Positions 49,343-59,542 of a DNA stretch of 64,000 bases are shown here, piece by piece; the stretch's first letter is position 1, and each line of letters opens with the position of its first letter. The notes under the pieces are model-generated. The model saw nothing but the letters and a program-made list of their open reading frames with translations, was not told the origin of the DNA and searched no databases. A program made the translations under genes and the position numbers. Origin of the DNA: an uncultured Poribacteria bacterium. GTDB taxonomy: Bacteria > Poribacteria > WGA-4E > WGA-3G. Location of the stretch: positions 384,001 to 448,000 of the forward strand of contig OX638351.1 in NCBI GenBank assembly GCA_951813565.1, read 5' to 3'.

Positions 49343-51055
49343 TTACTCTTTATTTTGTAATTTGCGTCTTTCGTCCATAAGCCCAACCAAGACACAAGCA
49401 CCCATCCCCAATAGCACAATCGCAAACGGGAAACCTGTAACGAGGGAGGCAGCCTGTAACGCTTCTAACCCGCCGCCAAGCAGCAGGGCAATCGCTACTA
49501 AACCCTCTGCAGTACACCAGAACACGCGTTGCGGGATCGGTGCGTCAACCTTGCCACCAGCTGCAATGATGTCAATAATCAGAGAACCAGAGTCGGATGA
49601 GGTAACGAAGAAGATGATTGTCAACAGCATTGCAGCACATGAGAGGAACATTGACCACGGTAGCGCGCCTAACATTTCGAACAGAGCAATTGGGTAATTA
49701 TATGCCTCAACTTGTTCGGTTACGCCGGTGTAGCCATCGGCTAAGAATTGATGTATAGCAGTGCCACCAAATGCACTGAACCAGAGCAGACACAATAGCG
49801 TAGGCAGAAGCAGCACGAAGATGACAAACTCGCGAACAGTGCGTCCTTTTGAAATCCGTGCAATGAATGTGCCGATGAACGGTGCCCAAGCGATCCACCA
49901 TGCCCAGTAGAAAGTTGTCCAATCGTGTAGGAAACCAGTGTCCTCACGTCCAATCCAGTTGCTAAGCGGCACAATTTTCATGACATAGGTTCCAAGCCCA
50001 GTGAAAATATTTCGGAAAATATAACCAGTTGGACCGAGAATAAAAACAGTTACCAGCAATATAAACGCGAGAATAATGTTGAACTGACTGAGACGTTTGA
50101 TACCTACATTAATTCCAGTCATCACTGATACCAATGCGATTGCCGTAATCACTACAATGAGCACTATCATGGTGAGGGCGTTTGCAGGTATCCCAAATAG
50201 ATCGTTAAGACCAGAAGTTACCTGTTGCACTCCTAAACCGAGGGAGGTTGCCAACCCGAAGATGCCTGCAAATATGGCGAATGTATCAATGATGTGTCCG
50301 GTCCACCCCCAAATCCGATCACCGAATATGGGATAAAACGCGGAGCGAATGAGCAGAGGTAATCCACGGTTGTAAGCGTAAAACGCGAGGGCGAGTCCAA
50401 CAACACCGTAGATAGCCCACCCTTGTAGTCCCCAGTGAAAGACTGTTGCTGCTATACCCAAGGAAGCCGCCGCTTGAACTTTGGGATCCGCGATGTCAGG
50501 AACATTTTTAACACTGTAATCTGCCTCTGGGTCATAAGAGGGATCGTCAATGGCAGGAATATCTTTAGCATTGTAAATTGCTTTTGCTTCATAAACCGTT
50601 TCTGTCCCGAGCGGCGAATATTCAACAACACCACTATCCCCCTGAAAATAGGTAACTGGCTCCGACACGCCAAAGAAGAGAAGCCCAATTCCTACCCCTG
50701 CTGCAAAGAGCATGGCGAGCCATGTTAAGTAAGAATACTCGGGTTTGGCATCTGGACCGCCTAACCGAATTTTACCGAGAGGTGAAAGTGCTACAAACAA
50801 GCAAAATAGAAAGACGAGATTGACAGTACTCATGAACAACCAATCAAGGTTCGTTGTAAGCCAGACTCGGACATTTCCGAAGAGTGTTGTCGCTTGCTCT
50901 TGAAAGATAAGTGAGCCTAAGATAAAAACGATAATAGTGATACTGGAAATTACGAATACAGGAGTCAAGTAAATCTCTAAACCGAACAGTTTCTTGTACT
51001 TGCTTTCATCTATCTGATGTGGCATCTGTTGGGGTTGTTTTCCTTCTTCGTTCAT
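49343..51055 (-). CDS. BCCT family (betaine/carnitine/choline) transporter
   Basis: MLFAAGVGIGL, FHWGL, ATSLG.G, FYWAWWIAWAPF, ARISKGRT.REF, FFVTSSDS. Confidence 0.96.
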   Translation of the reverse strand: MNEEGKQPQQMPHQIDESKYKKLFGLEIYLTPVFVISSITIIVFILGSLIFQEQATTLFGNVRVWLTTNLDWLFMSTVNLVFLFCLFVALSPLGKIRLGGPDAKPEYSYLTWLAMLFAAGVGIGLLFFGVSEPVTYFQGDSGVVEYSPLGTETVYEAKAIYNAKDIPAIDDPSYDPEADYSVKNVPDIADPKVQAAASLGIAATVFHWGLQGWAIYGVVGLALAFYAYNRGLPLLIRSAFYPIFGDRIWGWTGHIIDTFAIFAGIFGLATSLGLGVQQVTSGLNDLFGIPANALTMIVLIVVITAIALVSVMTGINVGIKRLSQFNIILAFILLVTVFILGPTGYIFRNIFTGLGTYVMKIVPLSNWIGREDTGFLHDWTTFYWAWWIAWAPFIGTFIARISKGRTVREFVIFVLLLPTLLCLLWFSAFGGTAIHQFLADGYTGVTEQVEAYNYPIALFEMLGALPWSMFLSCAAMLLTIIFFVTSSDSGSLIIDIIAAGGKVDAPIPQRVFWCTAEGLVAIALLLGGGLEALQAASLVTGFPFAIVLLGMGACVLVGLMDERRKLQNKE

Positions 51056-51125
51056 TTCAAGATTCTCCTTTTAGAGTGGTGAGCGCGCTAACAAAACGCG
51101 TTCACCTTAGGATGGCGTCCGCCAA

Positions 51126-52403
51126 TTAGAAATAGGAACCGAAGTTAAAATTAAGCCGCCAATGCCACATGTTATTTCCGTTTGCACCAACGTGATTAAC
51201 GCCCGTAATGATATTATTGTAGTCATCTTCCGTGTTCCCAACAAAGAAGTTGCCATCGGTAAGTGCTACATCACTATACAGATACAGCGCGCCTAAGATT
51301 GTCCAGCTTGCACCGACTGTCACAAGAGTACTCGGGTTATACTCCTCTACTGTCTTGAGGATAGTGCTCCACTCTACATAAGGTGTAACGCTGTCTATCC
51401 ATGAAATACCTGATGTATCTATCCCACCATAGCGGAGCGATAGAGCAGGTAACATTCCTTTTGACGCGATGGGCCATGCGAAGTCGTAAGCACCCATCGG
51501 AATTAGGTCGCCGGTGCCCCAAGGCGTTTCCTCAGCAATATTATACGCGTAATAGGAAAACTGTGAATAGAGCGTGAAGCCTGCGACGGTGTTTTTCAGG
51601 TGTGCGGAAACGGCATAGTGGTTACCGCTATCATCGTCACCTACATTTGTCGCTTTAAGTAATCCGTATTGAAGTGATACGCCAACGTCAGCGGCGTCAG
51701 CAAGGGTATAGATAGCACGGAGATTTAATTGATGTTGTTCATCATATCCGTTTTCCTCTGCCCCCCATTCAACTGTTCCTTTTTCATCGGCTTTCTCTTC
51801 CCATTTGACCACATCATAACCGTATCGTGAACTGGCAAGACTATTTCCTATCGTCTGGGGTTCGCTCATGAGGTAGTATCCGGCACTAAGCATCAATTTA
51901 TCAAAAGTGCCATCCCATCTGATACCTAAATCCGGATCGTCTGCGAGTCCAACATAAAAATGCTGGTCAAAGAACCAGCTTGTAGAAACGCCGTAAGCAG
52001 TCGGTCCGAAGGGTACCCGCACAATACCTGCTTTGAGTGTGCCGATATCACCTAAATTATATCCTAACCACGCGGTGTGTATCATGCTATAGCCGTCATA
52101 CCATCGATATTCAAGCCTACTGGTGATGTTTTGGTAGTCAAGGTCGGCATTCAGACGGAAAATCTCAAGGTCCGCATCACCGATTTTTTCCCCTCGGGGA
52201 TGTGGGTTTTCTTCATCGCCATAACTGCCGTAGACGTAGTTTACCCGCATCGCCCCGCCGATTTTTACAGGACTTTTCTTGGGTGCTTCAACCTCAGCTG
52301 CTTCTGCGGTTTCTTCGGTTGTATCAGCCATCGCGAATGAAGCAAAAATTAGCAAAAACGCGACACCGAAACCAAAGAAATATTGATACTTCCGGTTTTT
52401 CAT
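51126..52403 (-). CDS. Outer-membrane porin-like protein upstream of the BCCT gene
   Basis: Signal peptide, alternating beta strands, C-terminal RLNFNFGSYF; alternative GTG start at 52439. Confidence 0.8.
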   Translation of the reverse strand: MKNRKYQYFFGFGVAFLLIFASFAMADTTEETAEAAEVEAPKKSPVKIGGAMRVNYVYGSYGDEENPHPRGEKIGDADLEIFRLNADLDYQNITSRLEYRWYDGYSMIHTAWLGYNLGDIGTLKAGIVRVPFGPTAYGVSTSWFFDQHFYVGLADDPDLGIRWDGTFDKLMLSAGYYLMSEPQTIGNSLASSRYGYDVVKWEEKADEKGTVEWGAEENGYDEQHQLNLRAIYTLADAADVGVSLQYGLLKATNVGDDDSGNHYAVSAHLKNTVAGFTLYSQFSYYAYNIAEETPWGTGDLIPMGAYDFAWPIASKGMLPALSLRYGGIDTSGISWIDSVTPYVEWSTILKTVEEYNPSTLVTVGASWTILGALYLYSDVALTDGNFFVGNTEDDYNNIITGVNHVGANGNNMWHWRLNFNFGSYF

Positions 52404-52576
52404 GAAAAAGCGGATTATGAAACTTTTATGTTTATACACCAGCTTATCTCTTTAGGTAAGTAATACTCTCTCAGAAGGTTTTGCCTAAATAACGAAGCAG
52501 AAGCGGACGTTCCCTCTCAACCGCGCGCCACCACAAGCAATTTTGATATAATACCATAAACACCAAAAAGTTAAAT

Positions 52577-52611
52577 AAAAAAACTCGCCCACAAAACTTT
52601 GTGGGCGAGTT
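52577..52611 (-). terminator. Intrinsic terminator
   Basis: AACTCGCCCACAAA / TTTGTGGGCGAGTT stem with a T run on the minus strand, just after the stop at 52620. Confidence 0.85.
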
Positions 52612-52619
52612 AGCAACAA

Positions 52620-54512
52620 CTATTGCATCTGTCCCATTTGAGACATCAAAACAACAGTTTGAATCAACTGCTTGAAATCTCCAAGAGTGATGAGTAGTTT
52701 AGCACCAACTCCACCATCTTGAACTTTACCCGAAAAACCGATGCTATAGTTTTCTGGAATACCCGTTAGGATAGTTGAGAACATCTGCATTTGTGCAGCT
52801 ACGTTGGGGTCTGACTCTGCTGCCAGATTCATGATACCTTTTGCCAAGGTTAAAGGAGAAATTCCAAAAAACAGGTTGTTATCGCTCCCCAACTTTTCGA
52901 GAAGCTTTTGGTAACTCACGTTTTCAGCTATGCTTTCACCTATTTTGGCTTTGCTGTCAAGCGCTGATTTTAGCAGCATTGGATCACCTGTACCGAAGAA
53001 GAGGTGTCCTTCTGAAAAAGCATAAGACCATTGCCATTCCTGGGGAATAAGATTTACAGTTTCGGGGGGCATATCAACGAAAATAGCACCGAAATTGGGA
53101 AAAACGAGTGTCTTAATTTCAATACCGTTATGCATTATTGGGTCTCCAATATAAACACCATCGTACATACTGAGCTGCGGCATATCCCCCATCGTATCTT
53201 TCATAATCTGCATTGTCTTTTGGAGATTATCCAAGAACTGGTTTTCATAATAGTCTTTTACCTTTTGCTCATCTTTCAATGAGTAGATAACGAGATAATC
53301 AGGAATAAAACTATCTTTAAAATTAGCGGAGAAACTCCACTCATCCCCCATAAATTCATAAACATCTTTCATCTGTTGGAGAAGATCCTCAAAAACTTTA
53401 GCCTGTTCTGTATTTTCTTTCAAAAAAGGCTCCATCCAAGACATGCTCATATCTGCCAATAACTGTGGGTTCCCTTGGAATGCCCCATTAATGAAAGCAA
53501 TGTTAGGTAAGTCATTAAGTAGGACTAATCCATCAGGAGTCATGTCTTTTAATTTCGCTTGAATTTGTCCATCAGTTTTGAATTGGAGGAACGTTGCAAG
53601 CTGCACATCAGTTCCTTCAACTTGCAGTGTTGCACCAATAGATTTTAACTCTTCAACAAAATCTATAAACATACCAAACATATTTTCCATCATTGGAACC
53701 GCAGCCATAGATCCAGGATCACTTTCAATAGTATCGATTGTTGATAGCAATTCTTCTTTGATTGATTCACTAAAGGGGGCAATAATAGATTCCAAGTTGA
53801 AGTGGGCTGCTAACTGATCATTACCCTCTATGATATTCGTTAGGAATGAAGTGTAATCAGGGTTCTGTGCAATGGATTCCATTGTACCTTTACTAATATC
53901 GATAACATTCTGACAAACCTCTGGCAGTTGTGAGAAGACCAGTGTGTTTTCCAAAATAGCGAAACTTCCGCTACCTTCAGGGGAACTCCAGTAGGTTACG
54001 CCATTATATTGGATAGGCGCACTTCCTTCCGCTTCAGTCTCAATTTCCTGCTTCATTGCCTCTGGGTCTGTTAGATGAACAATTGCAGATAGACTCATCG
54101 GATCTAAACTGGTAAGAAAAACAGCAAAATCTTGGTTCAAATCCAAGCCAATCACCTCTAACTCGGCTAAACTTTCAAATCCAGCGCCGAATGCCCCTGC
54201 TAAGATTTTTGCCAGAAGTTCTGGTGATTCGCCAGCTTGAGGGACCAGGTCCGACGCTACTGCGTTAATTCTGTATTCCAATTCCTGTATGCTGGGACAA
54301 TAGATTACACCTAAGGCGGTTTCAGGGATTAAGTGTAATACACTGTTCTCGGGAATATTAAGAGGTGCAACCTCAGATTTTTGGGTAGTTGTGTCACTTT
54401 GGTGACTATCAGCCTGTGCAACGTTAATTGGTTGGGTAACAAAATAAGTGCCAAATAAAATAGTTGCCAAGAGCGAGATAACGATAAGTGGAAAAGTGAA
54501 ACGTTTGTTCAT
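52620..54512 (-). CDS. Large exported hypothetical protein (DUF3352-like)
   Basis: AAGGAG RBS before MNKRFTF, signal/TM helix, LHLIPETALGVI motif; family call tentative. Confidence 0.75.
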   Translation of the reverse strand: MNKRFTFPLIVISLLATILFGTYFVTQPINVAQADSHQSDTTTQKSEVAPLNIPENSVLHLIPETALGVIYCPSIQELEYRINAVASDLVPQAGESPELLAKILAGAFGAGFESLAELEVIGLDLNQDFAVFLTSLDPMSLSAIVHLTDPEAMKQEIETEAEGSAPIQYNGVTYWSSPEGSGSFAILENTLVFSQLPEVCQNVIDISKGTMESIAQNPDYTSFLTNIIEGNDQLAAHFNLESIIAPFSESIKEELLSTIDTIESDPGSMAAVPMMENMFGMFIDFVEELKSIGATLQVEGTDVQLATFLQFKTDGQIQAKLKDMTPDGLVLLNDLPNIAFINGAFQGNPQLLADMSMSWMEPFLKENTEQAKVFEDLLQQMKDVYEFMGDEWSFSANFKDSFIPDYLVIYSLKDEQKVKDYYENQFLDNLQKTMQIMKDTMGDMPQLSMYDGVYIGDPIMHNGIEIKTLVFPNFGAIFVDMPPETVNLIPQEWQWSYAFSEGHLFFGTGDPMLLKSALDSKAKIGESIAENVSYQKLLEKLGSDNNLFFGISPLTLAKGIMNLAAESDPNVAAQMQMFSTILTGIPENYSIGFSGKVQDGGVGAKLLITLGDFKQLIQTVVLMSQMGQMQ

Positions 54513-54570
54513 TTTCTTTTTCTCCTTAGAGCAAGATAAGCCAATAGCATATCCGCTCTGAATGAGGGTG

Positions 54571-55659
54571 TTATTTTTTATTTTCTGCAATTTTTGCTTC
54601 AAGTGTATCAATCTCAGCGTTGGAGGTTAACACGCTGATTTCGACTTCGTAGTGGCGGCGACCGCCAGGTTCAATATGTTGTAAGGTTCCGCGTTCGCGT
54701 TCTGATGCCCTACCGTCAACTCGGCAGTTCGATGGTTCTAAACCCATCACATAGGCACCTTGTCCACACATTTTCCACTGGACAAAGTTGGGAAATTGTG
54801 TTTTGTGGTATCGCACAGCGATTCCGATGCCTTGACCGTCCTTAAAATTCCGGTTGATAAGTGCAACCCGAATGTGGTTGTCAACATCAGGTTCCATTTC
54901 ATGATAGTAAACCTGTTCTTGAAAATCAACAGTGGGTGGTTCACCAAAATTATAATTTGACAAATTGTCTTTCGCGTGGTCATCCCGCGGTGTTACTTGG
55001 GAGGAGGGTGCCAAGAGTTCACTTCCATCAGCAAGTATTGGGAAACCGATATTAATATGGAAAAGATACATATGTGGACAATCCTGATATCCAAGGTTTT
55101 CAACAATATCTTCAATATGCAGCTTATTCGATCCTAATTCCGTCCAGATACGGCGGGTGCGGCATAAATGTACACCTAATGCAGAGGTTTCTGTAACTTT
55201 TCCTTGTACCCATAAGATGTAACGGTCCCCTTCCCAACGGCTATCAACCCAAACGTTCTTCGCTGGAATATGAGAAACTCTCCCGTGGAGTCCGAGCTCC
55301 TCGTCTCCATCTTTGTTGGGTGCCCCTGCTTGTGTCATGCCACATGTTGTAAGCAACCCGCCGTAGAATCCACGTAACCATCCGAGTCCTTCAGGTTCAT
55401 AATACGCAGCTGCTACATCACCGGTACCTGAACGCCAACATAGTGGGATTCCGTTATAATCTGCGTTAGATATATCCAGACCACGGTTCGGCAGAACAGT
55501 GAAATTCAAACCTGAACCGGTCCGGAATCCGATTGCATCCGTGCCCTTTTCGTTTCCATCAGTCAGTTGGTAAACCTTGGCTTCGGCTACTTGTGATATA
55601 TCCCCCAAGTGGCGAAGCAGTTGTATTCTATCATAAGCTTCTCCAAATAGATGTATCAA
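54571..55659 (-). CDS. Aldose 1-epimerase family protein (DUF4432)
   Basis: RGLDI, GGLLTTCG, LHGR, HINIGFP, YVMGLEP. Confidence 0.88.
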   Translation of the reverse strand: MIHLFGEAYDRIQLLRHLGDISQVAEAKVYQLTDGNEKGTDAIGFRTGSGLNFTVLPNRGLDISNADYNGIPLCWRSGTGDVAAAYYEPEGLGWLRGFYGGLLTTCGMTQAGAPNKDGDEELGLHGRVSHIPAKNVWVDSRWEGDRYILWVQGKVTETSALGVHLCRTRRIWTELGSNKLHIEDIVENLGYQDCPHMYLFHINIGFPILADGSELLAPSSQVTPRDDHAKDNLSNYNFGEPPTVDFQEQVYYHEMEPDVDNHIRVALINRNFKDGQGIGIAVRYHKTQFPNFVQWKMCGQGAYVMGLEPSNCRVDGRASERERGTLQHIEPGGRRHYEVEISVLTSNAEIDTLEAKIAENKK

Positions 55660-55811
55660 ATCATCATTCTCCTTAGCGTTACAGATGTGTGGATCAGATC
55701 AAGCAATTTTCAGTTGACGGAATTGTAGCATAAACGTATAGAAAACACAAGCACGGATTCTAACCTTATTGAGAAACAACGATGGAAAAAGATAGAAAAA
55801 AATAGCAAACC

Positions 55812-56978
55812 TTATACTTCTGAACGCAAAATCTCTGCTGCTTTATGTATAGTTTGCAGCTTCTGCACAGCAATTTCTATTGTATTTACAGGACGATCAG
55901 CAAATGTGCCGAAGCCACAATCTGGATTGAGATATATCTGTTCTGGATTACGATGTTTTAAAAGTGATCGGACCTTGGCTAACACGAAATCAACAGATTC
56001 TACTTCTGTGGTGCGCGGATCAACAACACCGAGTCCAATTTCCTTATCCGTAGGAAGTTCACTCAAAACATCAATGCTGCCAGCGCGTTCTGTAGCATAT
56101 TCCAACACAAACTGATTGACATTCATCTTGCTAAAATAGGGTATCAGCAGATCGTAAGAGCCTCGAAGCAGGACATCTTCCTGTTGACTCCAGTTGCCGC
56201 GGCAGACATGGAGTGCAGTTCTCATTTTTCCATCTATTCCTTCAACGACACGATTCATCAGTTGGACTGCGAAATCAAGTTCTTCCTCTGGACTGCTCTT
56301 CTCTGAAAGTGCGGCACACATAAACGTGTGCGTTTCATGCGGTCCTGTAAAGGCGACTTCGGTCAGCACAGGTTCATCAAATTGCACAAATTCACAGCCT
56401 GCCTCTTGTAAATCGTGCAATTCCTGTCGAAGTATTGCGACAACATCATCGCCCAAGGATTCTTTGTCAGGATAAAATTCATAGGAAAGTTTCTTTACCC
56501 ACATTGAACGGGTTAAAAGATAAGGACCGGGAAGTGTAACCTTGATAGGTTTTGTTGTGTGCTGTTTGAGAAAAATAAAATCGTTCAAGACAAGTGGGAA
56601 AGTACGTTTCAACTTTCCATCAACGACCGGATTTTTTAGGGCAAAGGCGGGAACGTCTAATGCGTTGAGTAATTGTTCAAATGCTGCTTTGTCTTCAACA
56701 TAGTCAAGCATTTCCGCAAGAGTCATCAATCGGATGCCATCAATACATCCAGTGATGAAGGAATAGAAATTGTCGCGACGTTGCTCACCATCACTGACGA
56801 TATTGACTCCGTTTGCTTCTTGCAATTCAAGACTTTCCAGCACTGCCTCGTCTGCTATGGTATTGAAGTCAGCATCTGTAACGCGTCCCTTCTGCTTGTT
56901 TCGCAATGCCCGTGACACTAATTTTGAACGGGGCATGCTTCCGACGACGGTCACGGGAAATTGTGGTAAATTGTTCAT
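55812..56978 (-). CDS. Cobalamin-independent methionine synthase II family protein (MetE C-terminal domain only)
   Basis: VVGSMPR, SDGEQRR, QFDEP, HVCRGN, LEYAT.RAG, NPDCGF. Confidence 0.9.
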   Translation of the reverse strand: MNNLPQFPVTVVGSMPRSKLVSRALRNKQKGRVTDADFNTIADEAVLESLELQEANGVNIVSDGEQRRDNFYSFITGCIDGIRLMTLAEMLDYVEDKAAFEQLLNALDVPAFALKNPVVDGKLKRTFPLVLNDFIFLKQHTTKPIKVTLPGPYLLTRSMWVKKLSYEFYPDKESLGDDVVAILRQELHDLQEAGCEFVQFDEPVLTEVAFTGPHETHTFMCAALSEKSSPEEELDFAVQLMNRVVEGIDGKMRTALHVCRGNWSQQEDVLLRGSYDLLIPYFSKMNVNQFVLEYATERAGSIDVLSELPTDKEIGLGVVDPRTTEVESVDFVLAKVRSLLKHRNPEQIYLNPDCGFGTFADRPVNTIEIAVQKLQTIHKAAEILRSEV

Positions 56979-57090
56979 GGTTAAATTCTCCTACATTCAT
57001 TTTACTTTAACATTAATGGTATGTAGACTAATATGAGTACTTTGATAGTGTTGGTGAACGTCAAAGACTCGTTTGAGTTTTCTTATCTTT

Positions 57091-57306
57091 TTATTCAACT
57101 AATTTTCTTTCCAAAACAATGATCACTTTGTTTGAAGAGGTGCTGTTAAATATCGGCAGGATTGTATCACAAAGCCTCCATCCTACTTTTCCTTCAGTAT
57201 TTAACGTAGTTTCTAAATCTGGAACATCAAAAGACTGAAATCCTAATAACCCTTTTGATTCAAGCGTAACGTCAAGTTTTACCGTTTTATATTCGTATTT
57301 CGTCAT
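57091..57306 (-). CDS. DUF4177-like small protein
   Basis: KYEYKTV...LNTEGKVGWRL...LERK. Confidence 0.8.
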   Translation of the reverse strand: MTKYEYKTVKLDVTLESKGLLGFQSFDVPDLETTLNTEGKVGWRLCDTILPIFNSTSSNKVIIVLERKLVE

Positions 57307-57318
57307 TGCAATACCTCG

Positions 57319-57798
57319 TTAAGACTCTTTTACATAAGGACGTTTGTCAAGGTAATAGACAAGATGCCCTTCGTTTTCATTGAAACCAATTGAGCGATAA
57401 AATGCCTCTTCACAATTTTCAACGATGTAACCTGTGATGAAAGTCGCTCCCATTTTTTCAAGTTCAAGACATAGGCGTTCACCCAACAGAACCCCTAATC
57501 TGCTATTATCTGATTCAATTAGCGATCCGTTGTTGTATTTCAGGTTATCTCCTTGATAGCGGACGTCAATGGAAAATTCCATGATGTGTGCGGAAAGTCC
57601 GTCAAAGGTAGCGCGTGCAAGTCCGATGAGTTCAGTTTCAAGGTAGGCGGCTACGATGAGATGCGGATGTTCCAGTATCCGTGCTGCGACTTCTTTACCA
57701 AACCCTACTTCACAAATATTGTTTCGTTTATAGAAGTTGAATAACGCATCGGCAGTGATAATGGGATTAACTTGGATGTTTATGCGTTGTGGTGTCAT
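57319..57798 (-). CDS. GNAT-like acetyltransferase
   Basis: LIGLARA, IDVRYQG, AFYRSIGF; start re-called to MTPQRI outside the IS end. Confidence 0.75.
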   Translation of the reverse strand: MTPQRINIQVNPIITADALFNFYKRNNICEVGFGKEVAARILEHPHLIVAAYLETELIGLARATFDGLSAHIMEFSIDVRYQGDNLKYNNGSLIESDNSRLGVLLGERLCLELEKMGATFITGYIVENCEEAFYRSIGFNENEGHLVYYLDKRPYVKES

Positions 57799-57873
57799 AG
57801 TTCCTTTATTATTTTCGCAATTAGTAGTTTTGGACTTGGATTTTTTCAGTTTTTTCAAGCGTTCCATTTTACG

Positions 57874-59151
57874 TCAGTGAACCAACATGCTTTCCTTGAT
57901 AAACTTTGAGAAGATGTCTATATTTCTATAGTTATACTTGTAGCAGGCTTCAGCAACGTAAAGCGGACTATAACAGTAGCATTTAATCTGTATATTTCTT
58001 GATATTTACAGATACAATTGTTTTCTTCTGCGTGTCTCTGACTTTACTGTATACCATCGCGATGCGTTAGTCGGTGTCCGTTCAATGTTCACCGAGGTAG
58101 GTAAAGCGTATGACGAAACAAAAAAAGGAACGCAGTAAGCAAATGATAAGCGGAAAGCATAAAAAACTTATCTGGTAGCGTGTCGTCGCAGCGCAAAATA
58201 AACCAAGCAGACGATTGCATAGAAATATAATGAGCGTGTATAAGTTGAACTTATGCACTTTGTGAGATCACACCTGAGTGTCGTCCAGACACTTTGCAAA
58301 ACGTATATAGAAGTGAAATACTTAGTATTGCACGGAAATATACAGTTTAAAAGGATCGGTGTGTATCCTGTTTCATAATGGTGATGTGAACCGAACCACG
58401 CACGTTTCAATAAAGACCAAAATCCTTCAATGGTATTTGTATGGGTATCCCCATCAGCAAACTGTTCATTGTGATTGATAACTGTGTGTTTCATTTCTTT
58501 GCCGATAAGTTTGTAAGCTTGATATTCGTCTGTTATCAGTTCAGATTCCTTTAGGTTTGCGACACTGCGAATAAACTTGAGTATACTGCGTCCTGTCAGT
58601 TGTTGTGCGACTTGTGCGACAACCTTACCGCCTCTTTGGACTGCACCGATAATCGCAGTTTTCTCTGTGCCACGACCGCGTTTACTCGGTTCGTCATCCT
58701 CACGCTTGTTCGGTTTGCGGGGTTTACCGCCAATGTAGGTCTCATCTGCTTCTATGATACCTTCAAGCAGTGCGCCCCCTTTCTTTGCCATCTCCGCGCG
58801 AATACGAGCCATTATGAACCATGCTGTCTTTTGGTTCAAATCTAAGTCGCGCGCTAGTTGACAGCTGGACAAACTCTTTTTCGCATTCGCAATCAGCGAG
58901 ATCGCCAAAAACCATTTCTGTAATGCGACTTTTGTGCCGTGAAATACCGTCTCGCAAGTGACCTTGAAAGTGGCGTGGCAATCGTGGCAATTCCAGCGTC
59001 CGATGCGTCCTTCCTTCGTTTCTGTTCGCTTACCCACATGACTGCTTTCACAGTGGGGACATTCCGGTTTACCTTTCCAGCGGATCTTCTCTAAATGTGC
59101 GATACAACTCTCTTGATCTGGGAATCGTTCCATAACCTTGATTAGGTCCAT
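57874..59151 (-). pseudogene. IS1595 transposase interrupted by a 390-bp insert; 294 aa once the insert is removed
   Basis: CPHC/CHDC zinc ribbon, EADETYIGG, ITDEY, TNTIEGFW; the missing C terminus PLYVAEACYKYNYR...LVH* is at 57874-57966. Confidence 0.92.
57967..58356. mobile_element. 390-bp non-autonomous insert with subterminal IRs, flanked by CGG direct repeats
   Basis: CGG at 57964-57966 and 58357-58359; TTTAATCTGTATATTTC (57982-57998) vs GAAATATACAGTTTAAA (58335-58351). Confidence 0.85.
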
Positions 59152-59542
59152 CAGAATACTCCTCTGAATAGGAGTTGCTTTTTCTGACGGATATCTGATA
59201 CAATATCAGATAAGGTTGAACCGTCAAAAAGCAACTCGCTTTTTTAGGTTTAATTAGGGGGTGACAACCCCTAACTTCTTATCTATATTATACCATATAA
59301 ACCCAGTATACACAAGGGTTTATTAGACTTTTTCCAAAAAATTATCAAGTCCAAAACTACTAATTGCGTAAAAATAATACCATATTGCATATATATCGGC
59401 AAGAAATTTTATTATTCAATAGGAATGGTAGTTTTCTGTTGATGATCGATTGAATAGGATGTAATGTGATACCATTTTTTTCTTGTGGATTCAGGTGAAA
59501 TATGCTACACTTAACCCAAAGTTAAAGCAAGAGGTAAATCTA

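Larger units (their letters stand above)
57816..59368 (-). mobile_element. IS1595-family insertion sequence
   Basis: Perfect 23-bp IRs CGCAATTAGTAGTTTTGGACTTG (57816-57838 and 59346-59368). Confidence 0.9.

Noticed and set aside
52440..52560. SAM-I, glycine or c-di-GMP riboswitch upstream of the porin
   Set aside because: Only fragments (GAGGGA, GGCAAAACC, AGATAAG) resemble the consensus; the required helices could not be built by eye
58168..58356. C-terminal 62 aa of the 327-aa IS1595 ORF
   Set aside because: Read-through into the 390-bp insert; the real C terminus is at 57874-57966
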